Shown here in pieces: positions 19,145 to 30,176 of a stretch of DNA of 43,901 nucleotides. The notes beneath the pieces are model-generated. The model had not been told where the DNA came from and searched no databases. It saw only the letters and a list, made by a program, of their open reading frames with translations. Every line of letters starts with the position of its first letter. Within the stretch, counting starts at the first letter, position 1. Source of the DNA: Trichormus sp. ATA11-4-KO1 (GTDB lineage Bacteria > Cyanobacteriota > Cyanobacteriia > Cyanobacteriales > Nostocaceae); assembly GCA_019358915.1 (NCBI GenBank), contig JAHHIM010000038.1, positions 1 to 43,901 on the forward strand, read 5' to 3'. Position numbers and translations under genes: made by a program.

Positions 19145-19614
19145 GGGAAAGTAAGCGGTATAGGGTCATACCGCCTTTAAAGTTCGTTACACACACACTG
19201 GTTAAAGAACCGTCGTTTTCAGTTCAGCCGTCAGAGTGAGAAATATCTCGTTAGCAGTGGTAATTAGCTTTAAGACCGAGATGGTAGTACATCTGAACTA
19301 AGGAGACAATATAATACACCATTTTGGGGAATTGGATTGAAACTCAAAACAAGCTGGTGATTGATTCTATTTCTTGCCTTCTTCAACTCCTTCTCCCTAT
19401 ATGCTGTATTTAGTGAATTTTCTTAAATTTTGAAAAGAATGCGGAACTTTATCAGTAATTGTGTATAACTAAACAACTTATTTTCCTCCTGCAATCGTGA
19501 CGTTTTTGTGTACGGTTGCTTTTTACTTTTTGACTAGTGACATCGACTTTTTGCTGGAGAAAGACCCAGCCTGCCGAAGTGCTATATTCGGGCTTGGGTG
19601 CGCGAAAAACTTCT

Positions 19615-20334
19615 CTAACCATCACTGGAGAAAACCTCAATCAACACACTTTCGGGATACAGCCCAACTCGTCCAAAGCGCGGATCATGTATGCGCTCGA
19701 TTTCGATATTTTGTTTTCGACACAATGCACTTGCCTTTCGACCTTTAGCACTCGCTTCTTTCACGGATATTTCTAAACCTTGAAGATTGGCGAAACCAAC
19801 AACGCTGTATTTATGTCCACATGGAGTATTGAAACGATCTTGTTCAACTTCAACTACTTTGAGCCTTGCTAAGATTTCAGTTTGTTGCCGTTGTTGCTCC
19901 AACAAACGCTGTTCTTGTTCGGCCATCTGTTGTGCAATCGCAGCCAGCAATTGCACTTGGGTCATGGATTGCTGCTGTACAGATTCAATACCCATAATCA
20001 CTTTCATCAAGGTTCTATTAGCCCAGATACGGAACTCGACAGATACCCATCGGGCTAAATCAATTGCAATTTCTGGATGTATCCAAGTGCTTTGTTCGCT
20101 GCCATGTCCCTGAACCTCAATCACCAGGGATGATATGAGGATCTTCATATCGTTAGAAAGTGCTTGCAAATACTGCTTTGTAGACTTAAGCTTCGTATAG
20201 TCGGCTAGAAATTTGTTATTAGCCTTGCACATCTGAGTGCCGTTAACGTAGCCTTTGGGTATGCTGTATTTGCCTATTTGCCCATCTTGAGGCATTTGAT
20301 TAATTTCTGAGTCGCGCCAAAAGTGTGTCAACAT
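19615..20334 (-). CDS. KilA-N domain protein
   Basis: GYVNGTQMCKA..TWIHPEIAIDLARWVS.EF, followed by a coiled coil. Confidence 0.88.
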   Translation of the reverse strand: MLTHFWRDSEINQMPQDGQIGKYSIPKGYVNGTQMCKANNKFLADYTKLKSTKQYLQALSNDMKILISSLVIEVQGHGSEQSTWIHPEIAIDLARWVSVEFRIWANRTLMKVIMGIESVQQQSMTQVQLLAAIAQQMAEQEQRLLEQQRQQTEILARLKVVEVEQDRFNTPCGHKYSVVGFANLQGLEISVKEASAKGRKASALCRKQNIEIERIHDPRFGRVGLYPESVLIEVFSSDG

Positions 20335-20381
20335 GATTAATTATTTGATTATTTTTCCAACCATTAATTACTGAAAAAAAC

Positions 20382-20840
20382 TCAGACATTCACTCGTACT
20401 AAATCTTGTTCGTTGACAAATGAAAATCGGTTCACCTTATCTGGTGTTTGGGTTAAAGTTGGCGATCCCATTTCGATCACATAAAACCAAGTCCCATTAA
20501 GTAACCGAATCCCCCAAACGAGTCGCTGGTTGGTTGCATGATCATGAAAACGCAACATCACTCTTTCGCCCAACACGAAATTCGGTTTTTTCACAGTGGT
20601 AGTCTGTAACCGACCAATACCGATAATCTGATGTTGTGTGGCTTGAAAGATTTCGTTATCACAGGCAATGGCATAAATCCATCGGTCATATTGCCAGTGG
20701 ACACCACAGCAATAGCCAAAAGCTCTCGTGTTCTTCAGGTACACTCGCTCTAACAAATTGACTTCAACAGGTGGAATATCTTTACCCCAAGGAGGTGAAA
20801 GAAACCAGCATCGTTCTAGGGTAGTGATCGCACAATTCAT
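20382..20840 (-). CDS. DUF1392-like cyanobacterial plasmid protein
   Basis: CWFLSPPWG, GYCCGV, FVLGERV; ATG 20840 overlaps the upstream stop. Confidence 0.6.
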   Translation of the reverse strand: MNCAITTLERCWFLSPPWGKDIPPVEVNLLERVYLKNTRAFGYCCGVHWQYDRWIYAIACDNEIFQATQHQIIGIGRLQTTTVKKPNFVLGERVMLRFHDHATNQRLVWGIRLLNGTWFYVIEMGSPTLTQTPDKVNRFSFVNEQDLVRVNV

Positions 20841-21700
20841 AACGATTCCTCTACTTTTGCTGTTTGTACCTGCTGCATCCATGTTTTGATTGCGGTTAAT
20901 TCATCAGTCCCGTTAACAACCACATCGACTACTTGCTGTTGAAATGAATGTTCAGCATCAGGGAGATGAGCAAACTTGTCAGCAGCCCAAGCAAGACACA
21001 TGGTTTTTACCAAATTATCTATCTTGCTGATAGGCAGTTGGCTAGGGCTATTAACTTCTTGAAAATGCAAATACTCCTTAACTAAATCCAGGGGATAATT
21101 TAACAAAGTGCGAATATTTTTCACTCGCAAGTCCTGGGGATGTGCTGTGAGTTTAGGTTGTGTTTGTTGTTCTGATACTAATGGAACAGATGAAGATGCC
21201 CCACCCAAACGAGATTGTATTTCAGTGATGATTGATCCCCAATCAGCATTGGGATTCCACTCTTTGCGAACTCGAAGTTTAGTCGCTGCATCATACAGCC
21301 GACAAAATACCGTATTTTCGTCACCACTAGTAACAGCAAGAATCAGAGGTTTCGAGAAATCATAAATCTGTGAAGATGCTAATAAAAATGTTTTAGCGAA
21401 AACAGTCTCTATGCCAGTTCTGATAATGTAAACTTCATTAGCAGCCATAACAATATCTAACTTGAGATTGTCCTTTCCCTTGTATTCTTTAGCAGTCAAA
21501 CGCAATTCTGAAAGATAACCAGTTAAACCCCTTTGTTGTACAGGGATGGTTTTGTCCTTGTCGATGTCGTAGTGATACCAAAGGAAAGACTCACCGCTTG
21601 ATTCCCCATTTTTGACGTACAAATAAACTGGTTCGGGAGGGTTACAAAGACCCAGTTGGATTTCAGTGTTCATCATTGTCAACCCCTTCAGGTAATTCAA
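20837..21700 (-). CDS. Hypothetical plasmid protein
   Basis: 287-aa ORF in a co-oriented operon upstream of rep. Confidence 0.75.
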   Translation of the reverse strand: MNYLKGLTMMNTEIQLGLCNPPEPVYLYVKNGESSGESFLWYHYDIDKDKTIPVQQRGLTGYLSELRLTAKEYKGKDNLKLDIVMAANEVYIIRTGIETVFAKTFLLASSQIYDFSKPLILAVTSGDENTVFCRLYDAATKLRVRKEWNPNADWGSIITEIQSRLGGASSSVPLVSEQQTQPKLTAHPQDLRVKNIRTLLNYPLDLVKEYLHFQEVNSPSQLPISKIDNLVKTMCLAWAADKFAHLPDAEHSFQQQVVDVVVNGTDELTAIKTWMQQVQTAKVEESL

Positions 21701-21717
21701 AATTCAAAATGTGATAA

Positions 21718-21915
21718 TTACTTTTCCTCATTAATCTCCAACAAGAAACCGCAACCAGTGTTTTGTACCTTCACTAGCTTTTGATCCAACAATGATTGGA
21801 TAACAAGGTTAGAGAACCCGATAGAGTGTAAAGGTGCAGAACCACCACGAACACGCAGAGAATCCAACAAATTACCAGCATTTAAACCGAAGCAGCTTTT
21901 CTTTGTTCTAGCCAT
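21718..21915 (-). CDS. Small hypothetical protein
   Basis: 65 aa, GGAG SD, overlaps the upstream stop. Confidence 0.65.
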   Translation of the reverse strand: MARTKKSCFGLNAGNLLDSLRVRGGSAPLHSIGFSNLVIQSLLDQKLVKVQNTGCGFLLEINEEK

Positions 21916-22234
21916 TGTTTCTATCTCCGGTGATGGTTACTAATTGCTGTTGAAGTGCCTTGATATGTTGTTGATATTCTTCAATCTCAGCTTGTAGTTG
22001 CGTCTGTATCTCTGCAAAAGAAAGCGGTTGGATTTGGTCGTCGGAATAATGCCGCACTTCTCCAGAGTTTTTATCCGGCATTACGGTATAACGCCAAGAA
22101 TTACCGTACTCATGAGCTAATAATGTGCCAGCAGGGTTGTACTCTATGCCGATAATTAACCCTTGTTTTGTGTATTGCCCTAATGTGAATCTGGGGTATT
22201 CCCAGTTTTGAGGAATTGATATTGTGGGTTGCAT
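21908..22234 (-). CDS. Hypothetical protein (DUF1392-like)
   Basis: PRFTLGQ..GLIIGIEY..WRY, coiled-coil tail. Confidence 0.65.
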   Translation of the reverse strand: MQPTISIPQNWEYPRFTLGQYTKQGLIIGIEYNPAGTLLAHEYGNSWRYTVMPDKNSGEVRHYSDDQIQPLSFAEIQTQLQAEIEEYQQHIKALQQQLVTITGDRNNG

Positions 22235-22323
22235 AGTTTTATTCGATGAATGAAGCGATAGAAAGGTTAGAAACAGGAAAGGAGTAGGGAGAAAAGATGC
22301 GAATTACGTTCTCCCTCACATCC

Positions 22324-23331
22324 CTAAACTGCTGTTGCAAACAACTGTTGCAATTCAGTCGAAGTCAGTTGTTCCAGGGGTCGGTTTTGCAAGTATTTAT
22401 TTGTTGTGGATGAAGTTTCGGTTATTGATAGCCACCACACAGCATCCATCACACAGTCGCAAACTACGCGCCCCTGATTTCCTCCAGTGCGTATTGCCCA
22501 CCAAATACCATCTGTGCAGCCGACCTCACCCAGTTTTATGTCATTGCGGTAAATGCCATCATCGAGTAGTTCCAACTCGTATTTCTCGCACTCGTTGAAA
22601 ATAACAGCCATGATTTCGTTACCTGTGGTGCAGGGTTCTACAAATGGCTTTTGCACTGGTAAAGTGCCTTGCTGGTACTGTTGCTTGATGTAACTGTGGC
22701 ATCTGGCGGCTGAAAGGTCGCGGAAAATCTCTTGTCCGTTGATGATCACTCGCCAGTACAAGTCTTCATGGTTGTCGTGATCATAAAAAATGCTGGCTAT
22801 CAATTTCCCGGTAACAAATGCTTCTTGGTCGTAAAACGAGATTGTTAAAATAGTGGGGACTTCTGGTATTTCATCTAAAGTTGGTGGATTAAGTGTGCCG
22901 TCCTTGTGATGCCATTGGATGAAGCGGTGGCATATTGCCCAAGTGTTAGCACGGAATTTCTCTTCGCCGTTCACCATTACTACCCAAGGCTGAAGGTCAA
23001 AATCGTTGGGATCATAGGTGATGTAAGCGATGAGCCGTTGACCAGCATAGACTTCATGGTGGTAGAAGTTGATTTCTACAGTTGTCAGTTCCTCTGGGGC
23101 AAATGCTTCGGCTTGGTCGCTGATGTATTGGTCGAGTTCAGCTTGGGCTTTGGTTTGCTCGTCAATCTTTTGCAGTTGGGCGGTTTGGTGTTGAGCGATC
23201 GCACTAATCCAGGCATCCTTGCAGCGTTTGTCGTTTACTTCGACTGTGCAACCCATTTTTGAGTAGATTTGCTTGAGCCGGGCAATGGATTTCAGTTGCA
23301 GCTGTTGATGGGAGTATATGGCGTGTGTCAT
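22324..23331 (-). CDS. Hypothetical protein with an internal tandem domain repeat
   Basis: Two copies of I.FY..E....LIA.I.YD......W.V..NG.E.FR....A.CH..I. Confidence 0.8.
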   Translation of the reverse strand: MTHAIYSHQQLQLKSIARLKQIYSKMGCTVEVNDKRCKDAWISAIAQHQTAQLQKIDEQTKAQAELDQYISDQAEAFAPEELTTVEINFYHHEVYAGQRLIAYITYDPNDFDLQPWVVMVNGEEKFRANTWAICHRFIQWHHKDGTLNPPTLDEIPEVPTILTISFYDQEAFVTGKLIASIFYDHDNHEDLYWRVIINGQEIFRDLSAARCHSYIKQQYQQGTLPVQKPFVEPCTTGNEIMAVIFNECEKYELELLDDGIYRNDIKLGEVGCTDGIWWAIRTGGNQGRVVCDCVMDAVWWLSITETSSTTNKYLQNRPLEQLTSTELQQLFATAV

Positions 23332-23405
23332 GATTGATGAGCCTTTAAATTTAGGGCAAGAGAAGCGCTTGAGATTGCGAGTCCAGGGCGCTTCTCTATA
23401 TTTTT

Positions 23406-23435
23406 ATTATCTGCTAACCAGTTAGCGATTGTCAA
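23406..23435 (-). promoter_or_regulatory. Sigma70-type promoter with palindromic operator in the spacer
   Basis: Minus strand TTGACA-N18-GATAAT; GCTAAC-CA-GTTAGC at 23413-23426; divergent XRE gene. Confidence 0.6.
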
Positions 23436-23515
23436 TAGCAAAACAGTATCTTTTAACTAAATATAGTAATTAGATAATTGAATAAGATATAATACACTCT
23501 TGGTAAACTTAGGTA

Positions 23516-23731
23516 ATGAATATGAAGCAGCTAAGAGAAAGAAAGGGATTAAGAACAGTGGATGTCGCTAGCCGTGTGGGCATAGCAGAATCTACTGTTC
23601 GCAACTGGGAATATGGGAAGACTATTCCAAAGCTACGGATTGACCAGTTTAGTGAACTTATAAAGTTGTACGAATGTACTTTTGATGAACTGATAGCAGC
23701 AGTCAAGGAATCGGCTCATACAACTGAGTAA
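23516..23731 (+). CDS. XRE-family HTH regulator
   Basis: LRERKGL..VASRVGIAESTVRNWEYG..P. Confidence 0.9.
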   Translation: MNMKQLRERKGLRTVDVASRVGIAESTVRNWEYGKTIPKLRIDQFSELIKLYECTFDELIAAVKESAHTTE

Positions 23732-23871
23732 AATAAATCTTTTGGCTCTATCTTTAAAGCTTTGCTTTTTCTATTCATCTTTCTTGTTATGCGATTGCAA
23801 CTACCCACAGTTTCCGCATATCTTTGTAGCCTAATCTGAGTAAACGCCACTGAACCAAAAGAGGTGGACGT

Positions 23872-24791
23872 ATGGACAAACAACCCCACAAGCGCAATAA
23901 ATCCGCCTCTGCCGCATCTACCAATTCAACTTCAGCAGCTAACTCCACAAATGACGATATCTCCCTTCAAGAAGATCCAACTTCAGTAATCATCGATGTG
24001 TCTGCTGTTGAAGTACCAGAGTTAACCCCTGAAGAAGAGCGCGATCGCCTGCACTTGGAGCGTAAGGTGGAACGGGCATTCTATGAAGCTGGGAAAGCTT
24101 TAATGGAGTTGCGCGACAGGCGGTTGTACCGTTCGACTCACCGCACTTTTGAAGAATACTGCCGTGATAGATTTGGGCATAGTCGGCAACAATCGAATTA
24201 CTTGATTGCCGCAGCTGAAGCATTGGTTGTCAAAATGTAGTGAGAGAGGATTTGACAACCAATGGTTCCCAAATTCTGCCCACGAATGAGCGCCAAGTCC
24301 GTCCCCTGACAAAGCTTGAACCCCAGCAACAGCAAGAGGTATGGCAACAGGCTGTAGAAGAAGCTGGTGGAAAAGTGCCAAGTGGTAGGGTCGTGAAGGA
24401 TGTGGTGCAGCGCATAATGGAGAAAACCAAAGTACCCAACACCTACCAAATTGGTGAAGTCTGCCAAATTCTAGCTAAAGACAACCCTGATCTACGGGGC
24501 AAGGGCGGTTGCTGGTGCATAGTCACCGCAGTTCACGATTACAGTTGTACAGTGAAAATCTGGAATGGAGAACTTACGGTTGGGCTAAAGCATCTGAAAT
24601 CTTATGAATACTTGCCGCAGGATTGTGAGCAGATGCAGTTATTGTGCGATCGCATCAGCCGAGTGTACTCCAGTGAACTTGAGGAGTCGGTGCAGAAGTT
24701 TCTGGAGTCGCTGGGGAAGCTCAATCGGGCTTATTTGACGGCGTTGGAGGAGAAAGTTTTAAGCTTGCTGGAGATGGAAATCGAAGGTTGA
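23872..24791 (+). pseudogene. Plasmid protein split into two ORFs at a hairpin (23872-24240 and 24240-24791)
   Basis: GKALMELRDRRLYR..TFEEYC and LPTNERQVRPL halves are recognisably one protein; break at ~24221-24250. Confidence 0.7.
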
Positions 24792-24855
24792 CACTTGTTA
24801 AATAATGTTTGACCGCTGCTCTAGTTCCCTCTGCTTGAAATAGGCTATTGATATA

Positions 24856-26736
24856 TTGCTAAGGGAATTTACCGAGATGCCAAAAAAGAGCCAGAGCAAA
24901 TCTAAGGATAACATCATATTACAAAACTCTGTTGGTTCACGCATCTTGGAAGCACTTACCGAAGAGGAAATTTCCCAGCTACTGGATGAATTACTTGCAG
25001 TTTTATCCGATGAACAGCGAGAAATGACCTTTGCCCAACTGCCAGGAGATACTCAAGAGACTTTAATTCAAATCATCGCTCCACCTCAAACAGTAGAACA
25101 GGTAAAAACCAGCAAAGCACAACCAACTTCTTTGGCAAAGTTAGCGCAAACTTGGTCTCAATTATGGGAAGAATGGAATCAAATTATTTGGCAAGCATCC
25201 CAGGAAGAGGGGAAATATATAGTCCAAGAAGTACACTGGGAAGAACCTTATTTTGATGATTGTACTTTTGTGGAAGATTTGGAAGTAGTTGCACAAAAGA
25301 TGAAGCCATTGGTAAAAACAGCTTTTGAGAATGGCTTTAGTCATGATGATGGTTTTGCAGCTAGTTTGTTGTCAGCAGAAACAGACATCGCTGATGGTAT
25401 ACCCGATTGGATGGAAATTGCTAATGGGATTCATTTAGAAGGAGCGACAACAAGCAGCTTGTTGGAGTGGGAATGGTTATTGGTGCAGTCACAAGGACAA
25501 AATGGGTTCAAATTAGCTCAAAAAATTAGGGAATGGTCAGAAGAATTTTCCCACACCAGTTTAGACGATGATGCTGTGATTGATTTCTTTTCTAATTTAC
25601 CCGATGTTCAAAAAAAAATAATTTTAGATGGGATGACAGCCAATCGGGAAAGTAAAGAGTGGAAGTCGGAACTAGAAAATACTTATTCCTATTGGCATAT
25701 AATTTACATGGAATTGATGCAGCAATTTGCCACACCAGAGATATATTTGAACAATCTCCGGGCTACTATTTCCCAGCAATGGCAAAATGGTTTACCTGTA
25801 ATTGAGGATTTATTGATTAAACAGGAATATCAAGAAAGTCTGACAGTGATTCAAGAGACTTTGGATGCGTTATTAAAAAATAAACAAGACAAGAATCCCT
25901 GGACACCGGAAAATTCACTGCTATTTGTTAGTTTGGATGGATTGTCTTACGCTCCGGGGAATGGAGAAAATCAAAAAACTTTACTTCGCTATTATCAGCA
26001 AGCTGTTCGAGAATTGGGAGAAATCGAACGGGTAAATGCTTTAGAAATTCAGCAGATTACTTTTAAATGTTGTTACGACTGGTCGAGTATGTTCAAAGCT
26101 TTTGATGAGATACCACTAAGTAAAAATACTCGTCAAGCATTGTTTACATCTTGGCGTGAATCAATAATTAAACGTAATACACCATACAGATATTTAGATG
26201 TTTATACAAATCCAAAACCCGTAGAGAATTGGTGGTTGCATTGGTTACTCGATAGTATTATGACAGAAGAAAAAGGACATACTTGGTTTAGGAAACAAAT
26301 TATCGAGTGGTTGGAGAACTTGCCTGGAGATCCGGCACAACTGGGTAGGGAATATAATGTAATACATTTGTTAACAAGAGATTTGACCCAAATAAAGTAC
26401 CAGGGAAATTTTCCGTATCCTAAATTTTATGAGTTTGTGATTCAATCTAACCAAATATCGACACCAGATGATGTTTCTAGGAGAATATATCTCCAAGAAT
26501 ATGCACCCCCCGATTTGTGGGAAAGAGTAATAGCTTATTGGCAAGCAAATTTACACAATTTCGTACCCAAACCGGAAATGTCCCAAAACTCAGACTATAC
26601 AAAAAATGCACAATGGATGTTGGCCTTGAAAGAGTTAGCACCAAAGAATTATGATAGCTTGTTGTCCCAATGGAAAATTCAGCACAAACGACGACCTAAT
26701 TTGTGGAAGGCGATGAGAAATTTGGGGTTGACGTAA
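24856..26736 (+). CDS. Hypothetical alpha-helical protein
   Basis: 626-aa ORF ending HKRRPNLWKAM; likely start ATG 24877. Confidence 0.8.
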   Translation: MLREFTEMPKKSQSKSKDNIILQNSVGSRILEALTEEEISQLLDELLAVLSDEQREMTFAQLPGDTQETLIQIIAPPQTVEQVKTSKAQPTSLAKLAQTWSQLWEEWNQIIWQASQEEGKYIVQEVHWEEPYFDDCTFVEDLEVVAQKMKPLVKTAFENGFSHDDGFAASLLSAETDIADGIPDWMEIANGIHLEGATTSSLLEWEWLLVQSQGQNGFKLAQKIREWSEEFSHTSLDDDAVIDFFSNLPDVQKKIILDGMTANRESKEWKSELENTYSYWHIIYMELMQQFATPEIYLNNLRATISQQWQNGLPVIEDLLIKQEYQESLTVIQETLDALLKNKQDKNPWTPENSLLFVSLDGLSYAPGNGENQKTLLRYYQQAVRELGEIERVNALEIQQITFKCCYDWSSMFKAFDEIPLSKNTRQALFTSWRESIIKRNTPYRYLDVYTNPKPVENWWLHWLLDSIMTEEKGHTWFRKQIIEWLENLPGDPAQLGREYNVIHLLTRDLTQIKYQGNFPYPKFYEFVIQSNQISTPDDVSRRIYLQEYAPPDLWERVIAYWQANLHNFVPKPEMSQNSDYTKNAQWMLALKELAPKNYDSLLSQWKIQHKRRPNLWKAMRNLGLT

Positions 26737-26753
26737 AGAAAAAATAGGTTGCA

Positions 26754-27266
26754 ATGCTTGACTTAACCAAAATACAATTAATTGCTCGATCTTATTCTCC
26801 TCAAGAACTTTTTGCTGCATTGGTTTGGCAACGCCAATTTAATCGATTCAACGGTGAACAGGTGATTACTGACCTTGCTTCGCGCACAGATTTATGGGCA
26901 AGCTTTGTTTTCACAAAACCAATTTTTGCACCAGATGAAAACGGTTTGAGTTTTGGTGGTGTAATTGATACCCTCTTGGCAATGGCAAACTATAGCCCAA
27001 TGCCCGAAACCAGTATCATCCATTTTGTGGCTTATCCTGCTGATACTTTATATATCCTGACCCAAAACCAAGACACAAAAGTATCTCAACTTTTAGACTT
27101 AGGGAAAAAGTGGCACGCTGACTCGGTAGAGATAACGGATGGTACAAATGAAGAATATGCTTTTCGACTTCAGCGCCAATTGAAAGCTCGACTAGCAGAG
27201 GCGCTGTGGGGTGAAGATGTTGAACATGATAGTGATGCAGTAATTGTTACCTATTGGTGGGATTGA
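26754..27266 (+). CDS. Hypothetical protein ending YWWD
   Basis: 170 aa, co-oriented with the previous gene. Confidence 0.75.
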   Translation: MLDLTKIQLIARSYSPQELFAALVWQRQFNRFNGEQVITDLASRTDLWASFVFTKPIFAPDENGLSFGGVIDTLLAMANYSPMPETSIIHFVAYPADTLYILTQNQDTKVSQLLDLGKKWHADSVEITDGTNEEYAFRLQRQLKARLAEALWGEDVEHDSDAVIVTYWWD

Positions 27267-27368
27267 AGTAGTTCATTGTGGCAACAGGTGTAGAAGTGCG
27301 ATCGCTTTGTTTGAATATATTCCATGCTCACTCTTTGGAAGTGATTGGTAAAACAACGAACAAGCCTG

Positions 27369-27788
27369 TTATACTTTCCAGAAATCAGATGCACCTGCTG
27401 GCAATTTGGCCAGAATTCGATCAAAGGCTTTCTCATCTACGTGTCGTCTCAGGGCAACGGCTACATCTCTAATTGCTGTTTCCGTAGAAAAATTGTGTTC
27501 CCCACGCAATGATTTTACTTCCCTCATCATCTCTTCACGATCTTCAAAAGACTTGTGCGGCTCATTCGTATCCCAGTCAGTTACAAAAAGTGCTTTCAAG
27601 CAAATCGGCAGTACATTCGCAAAAGCTATCGCATCTTCAGTGGAAAGCCTGCGGCGAAACGTCTGAAACACCCCTTGAGTCATTGTGTAAGTTACGTGTG
27701 TACTCCATAACCCTGCTATGTCGCGTGCATCTACCAAATACCTATAGAAATCATCTGAAGCACGCTGGTATTCTGCGGGTACTGGCAT
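27369..27788 (-). CDS. DUF2267 family protein
   Basis: VFQTFRRRL..FANVLP..LRRHV..LP..FW; AGAGG SD before ATG 27788. Confidence 0.75.
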   Translation of the reverse strand: MPVPAEYQRASDDFYRYLVDARDIAGLWSTHVTYTMTQGVFQTFRRRLSTEDAIAFANVLPICLKALFVTDWDTNEPHKSFEDREEMMREVKSLRGEHNFSTETAIRDVAVALRRHVDEKAFDRILAKLPAGASDFWKV

Positions 27789-27946
27789 AATATCCTCTTT
27801 TACGTTTGATTTATTTTTGCATAAGTTCCCAATCACCGACTGTAGATAACTCAGGCAATGTTCGCTCTTGCTGAGAACTTATTAATCCCAAGTATCGCAG
27901 GAAGAGCATCACTACAATCAAGGTAAAAGCTACTCAAAGTGAACCG

Positions 27947-30100
27947 TTAATTTACCTTCACTGGCAACTCCCCAAAACTTGGACTCCACCATCCTTTCGC
28001 TGTATTGAAATAAGCCACATCCTTGTGTTTTTTATCCTGACGAGACTGAGGATCTGAACACCGGAGCATTGTCTTCTGCTGTCCATCTTTAGTATAAATG
28101 TACTCCTCTAAAAGCTTCTGACACACAGGGCAAGGATGCGAAGTTATCTTAGCTGGAGCTTTTGGTTCGCTGTCCTGGCTACGGGGTGCTTCCCAGGTCT
28201 TAGAGCGATCGCTCCAAAACAGCACCACATTCTCGCAACCACTGGTACATTTAAGGAAATACTTTTTCTTGACCTTAGTGCTGGGTATTTTTGACATCAA
28301 ACTATTGCACTGTGGGCAATGAGTTCTAGAAGTTTCAAACTTACGCTCAACAGAAGCTGTACCATTTGATGCACCCGCAACTAGGAATTTAGCTTTGGAG
28401 AGCGCAGGTACAAAGTAATCCTGATTCCAAGTGCTGAGATATTGCTGCCAACCTTGCTTACCTTCTGCTATTGCATCCAGTGCATCTTCCATTTTGGCGG
28501 TAAACTCTGCTTCCAGTAAATCTGGCAACGCTTTCTGCAAAAACGCATCCACCTCCAAACCCAAAGCTGTTGGTTGCAGATTATCTTTTTTCAATTCTAC
28601 ATAATCGCGCTTCTTGAGAGTAGCAACAGTGGGAGCATAAGTGCTGGGTCTACCAATACCTTTGCGTTCCATCAACTGTACAAGTTTTGGTTCACTGTAG
28701 CGTGGCGGCGGCTGGGTTTGTTTTTTCTCATGGGCTGCATTCGCCAGAGTGAGTGCCTGTCCCTGTTGTAACAAAGGTAACTCTGAATCCTTGCTGAGAT
28801 TATTCCAATATCGAGCGTACCCGTAGAACTCAATCACCTGCCCCCTGGCTTGCCACAGCAGATTTCCTGACTGGGTGATGACTTGAGTTTTTCTCAGTTG
28901 AGCCGCTTTGCACTGGGAAGCAACAGCACGTTTCCAAATCAACACATACAGATTGAATTCATCAGAGGGCAGTTCTTCCCGCAGCTGTGCTGAAGGGCGA
29001 AAAACATCTGTCGGACGAATAGCCTCATGTGCTTCTTGCGCTGACTTGCTGCTACGGTGTTTTGCTACTTGCTGGGGTACATTTGATGGGTCATTCTGCT
29101 CCAACCATTGCCGCGCGCTGGCACAAAATTCGGGACTCAGCATCACTGAATCTGCTCGCATATATGTAATCAACCCAGCTTCATACAGCTTTTGGGCTAC
29201 CTGCATAGTTTTATCTGGGGAAAATCTCATTTTGGAACCGGCGGCTTGTTGGAGGGTAGAAGTTGTGAATGGTGGAGGTGGTTGACGATTAACTGTTTTA
29301 CCTTCGATGTGGATAATTTTGTGAGGATGTTGCCTTGCTTGTTCAACTAACCGTGTCGCCTCAGCTTCAGATAAAACACGTTTAGATTCGGGTGTTTTTG
29401 TAGCATTTGGGTTGGCATCATCATTAGTGTCAGTTTCTTCCTGCTGCGTTTCCTGGCGAGAGTCTGTCGTACCTTTGTAAAAAGCCCGAAATCCTTCAGC
29501 GTAGTCCACGAAGACATTCCAATAGTCTTGGGGGACAAATGTCTGAATTTCTCTTTCTCGCTGGCAAATGAGGTGTAGGGTTGCACTTTGGACTCTACCA
29601 ACACTTTTGGCTCCGTTGTTCAATGCCCAAACCAGAGGACTGCCTTTGTACCCTACCAACTTATCTAAGCAATCCCGACACAGCCCCGCACCCACCAAGT
29701 TGAAATCGAGTTTTCTGGAGTTGGCAATTGCTGCTCGAACTGCTGCTGCTGTAATCTCCGTATACACCACTCGCTTTGGTTCTTTGAGTCCTAGCACTTC
29801 CTTGAGATGCCAAGCGATTGTCTCACCTTCTCGGTCTGGGTCTGTTGCCAAAACCACTTCATCAACCTGCTTGACCGCAGACTTGAGTTTCTGGATGGTT
29901 TCTTTAGCTCGTTGATCACGAGGGATATAATTGCACTTCACACGACTGCCATCTATGCTGAATCCTAGTGAATCATCGCCCTCATTACTCAGTTCTCGGA
30001 TGTGACCACAACTGGCGCGGACGATCCAATCTGCACCCAGAATTTGACTAAGTTTTTTGACTTTACCGGGGGATTCGACCACAAGAAGACGTTTGGTCAT
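27947..30100 (-). CDS. topA: Type IA DNA topoisomerase (plasmid)
   Basis: VVESPGK, GHI, ATDPDREGE, SVGRVQS, LITYMRAD, QEAHEAIRPT, GIGRPST, C-terminal Zn ribbons. Confidence 0.95.
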   Translation of the reverse strand: MTKRLLVVESPGKVKKLSQILGADWIVRASCGHIRELSNEGDDSLGFSIDGSRVKCNYIPRDQRAKETIQKLKSAVKQVDEVVLATDPDREGETIAWHLKEVLGLKEPKRVVYTEITAAAVRAAIANSRKLDFNLVGAGLCRDCLDKLVGYKGSPLVWALNNGAKSVGRVQSATLHLICQREREIQTFVPQDYWNVFVDYAEGFRAFYKGTTDSRQETQQEETDTNDDANPNATKTPESKRVLSEAEATRLVEQARQHPHKIIHIEGKTVNRQPPPPFTTSTLQQAAGSKMRFSPDKTMQVAQKLYEAGLITYMRADSVMLSPEFCASARQWLEQNDPSNVPQQVAKHRSSKSAQEAHEAIRPTDVFRPSAQLREELPSDEFNLYVLIWKRAVASQCKAAQLRKTQVITQSGNLLWQARGQVIEFYGYARYWNNLSKDSELPLLQQGQALTLANAAHEKKQTQPPPRYSEPKLVQLMERKGIGRPSTYAPTVATLKKRDYVELKKDNLQPTALGLEVDAFLQKALPDLLEAEFTAKMEDALDAIAEGKQGWQQYLSTWNQDYFVPALSKAKFLVAGASNGTASVERKFETSRTHCPQCNSLMSKIPSTKVKKKYFLKCTSGCENVVLFWSDRSKTWEAPRSQDSEPKAPAKITSHPCPVCQKLLEEYIYTKDGQQKTMLRCSDPQSRQDKKHKDVAYFNTAKGWWSPSFGELPVKVN

Positions 30101-30176
30101 GGCAGATGCGGTGTAGATACTCTATATTAGACTTTTTGTACTGATTCAGTAACGATTTTTCTATGATTTAGTATAT

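Noticed and set aside
19145..19500. Replication origin upstream of rep
   Set aside because: Plausible by position, but no iterons or clear inverted repeats could be identified
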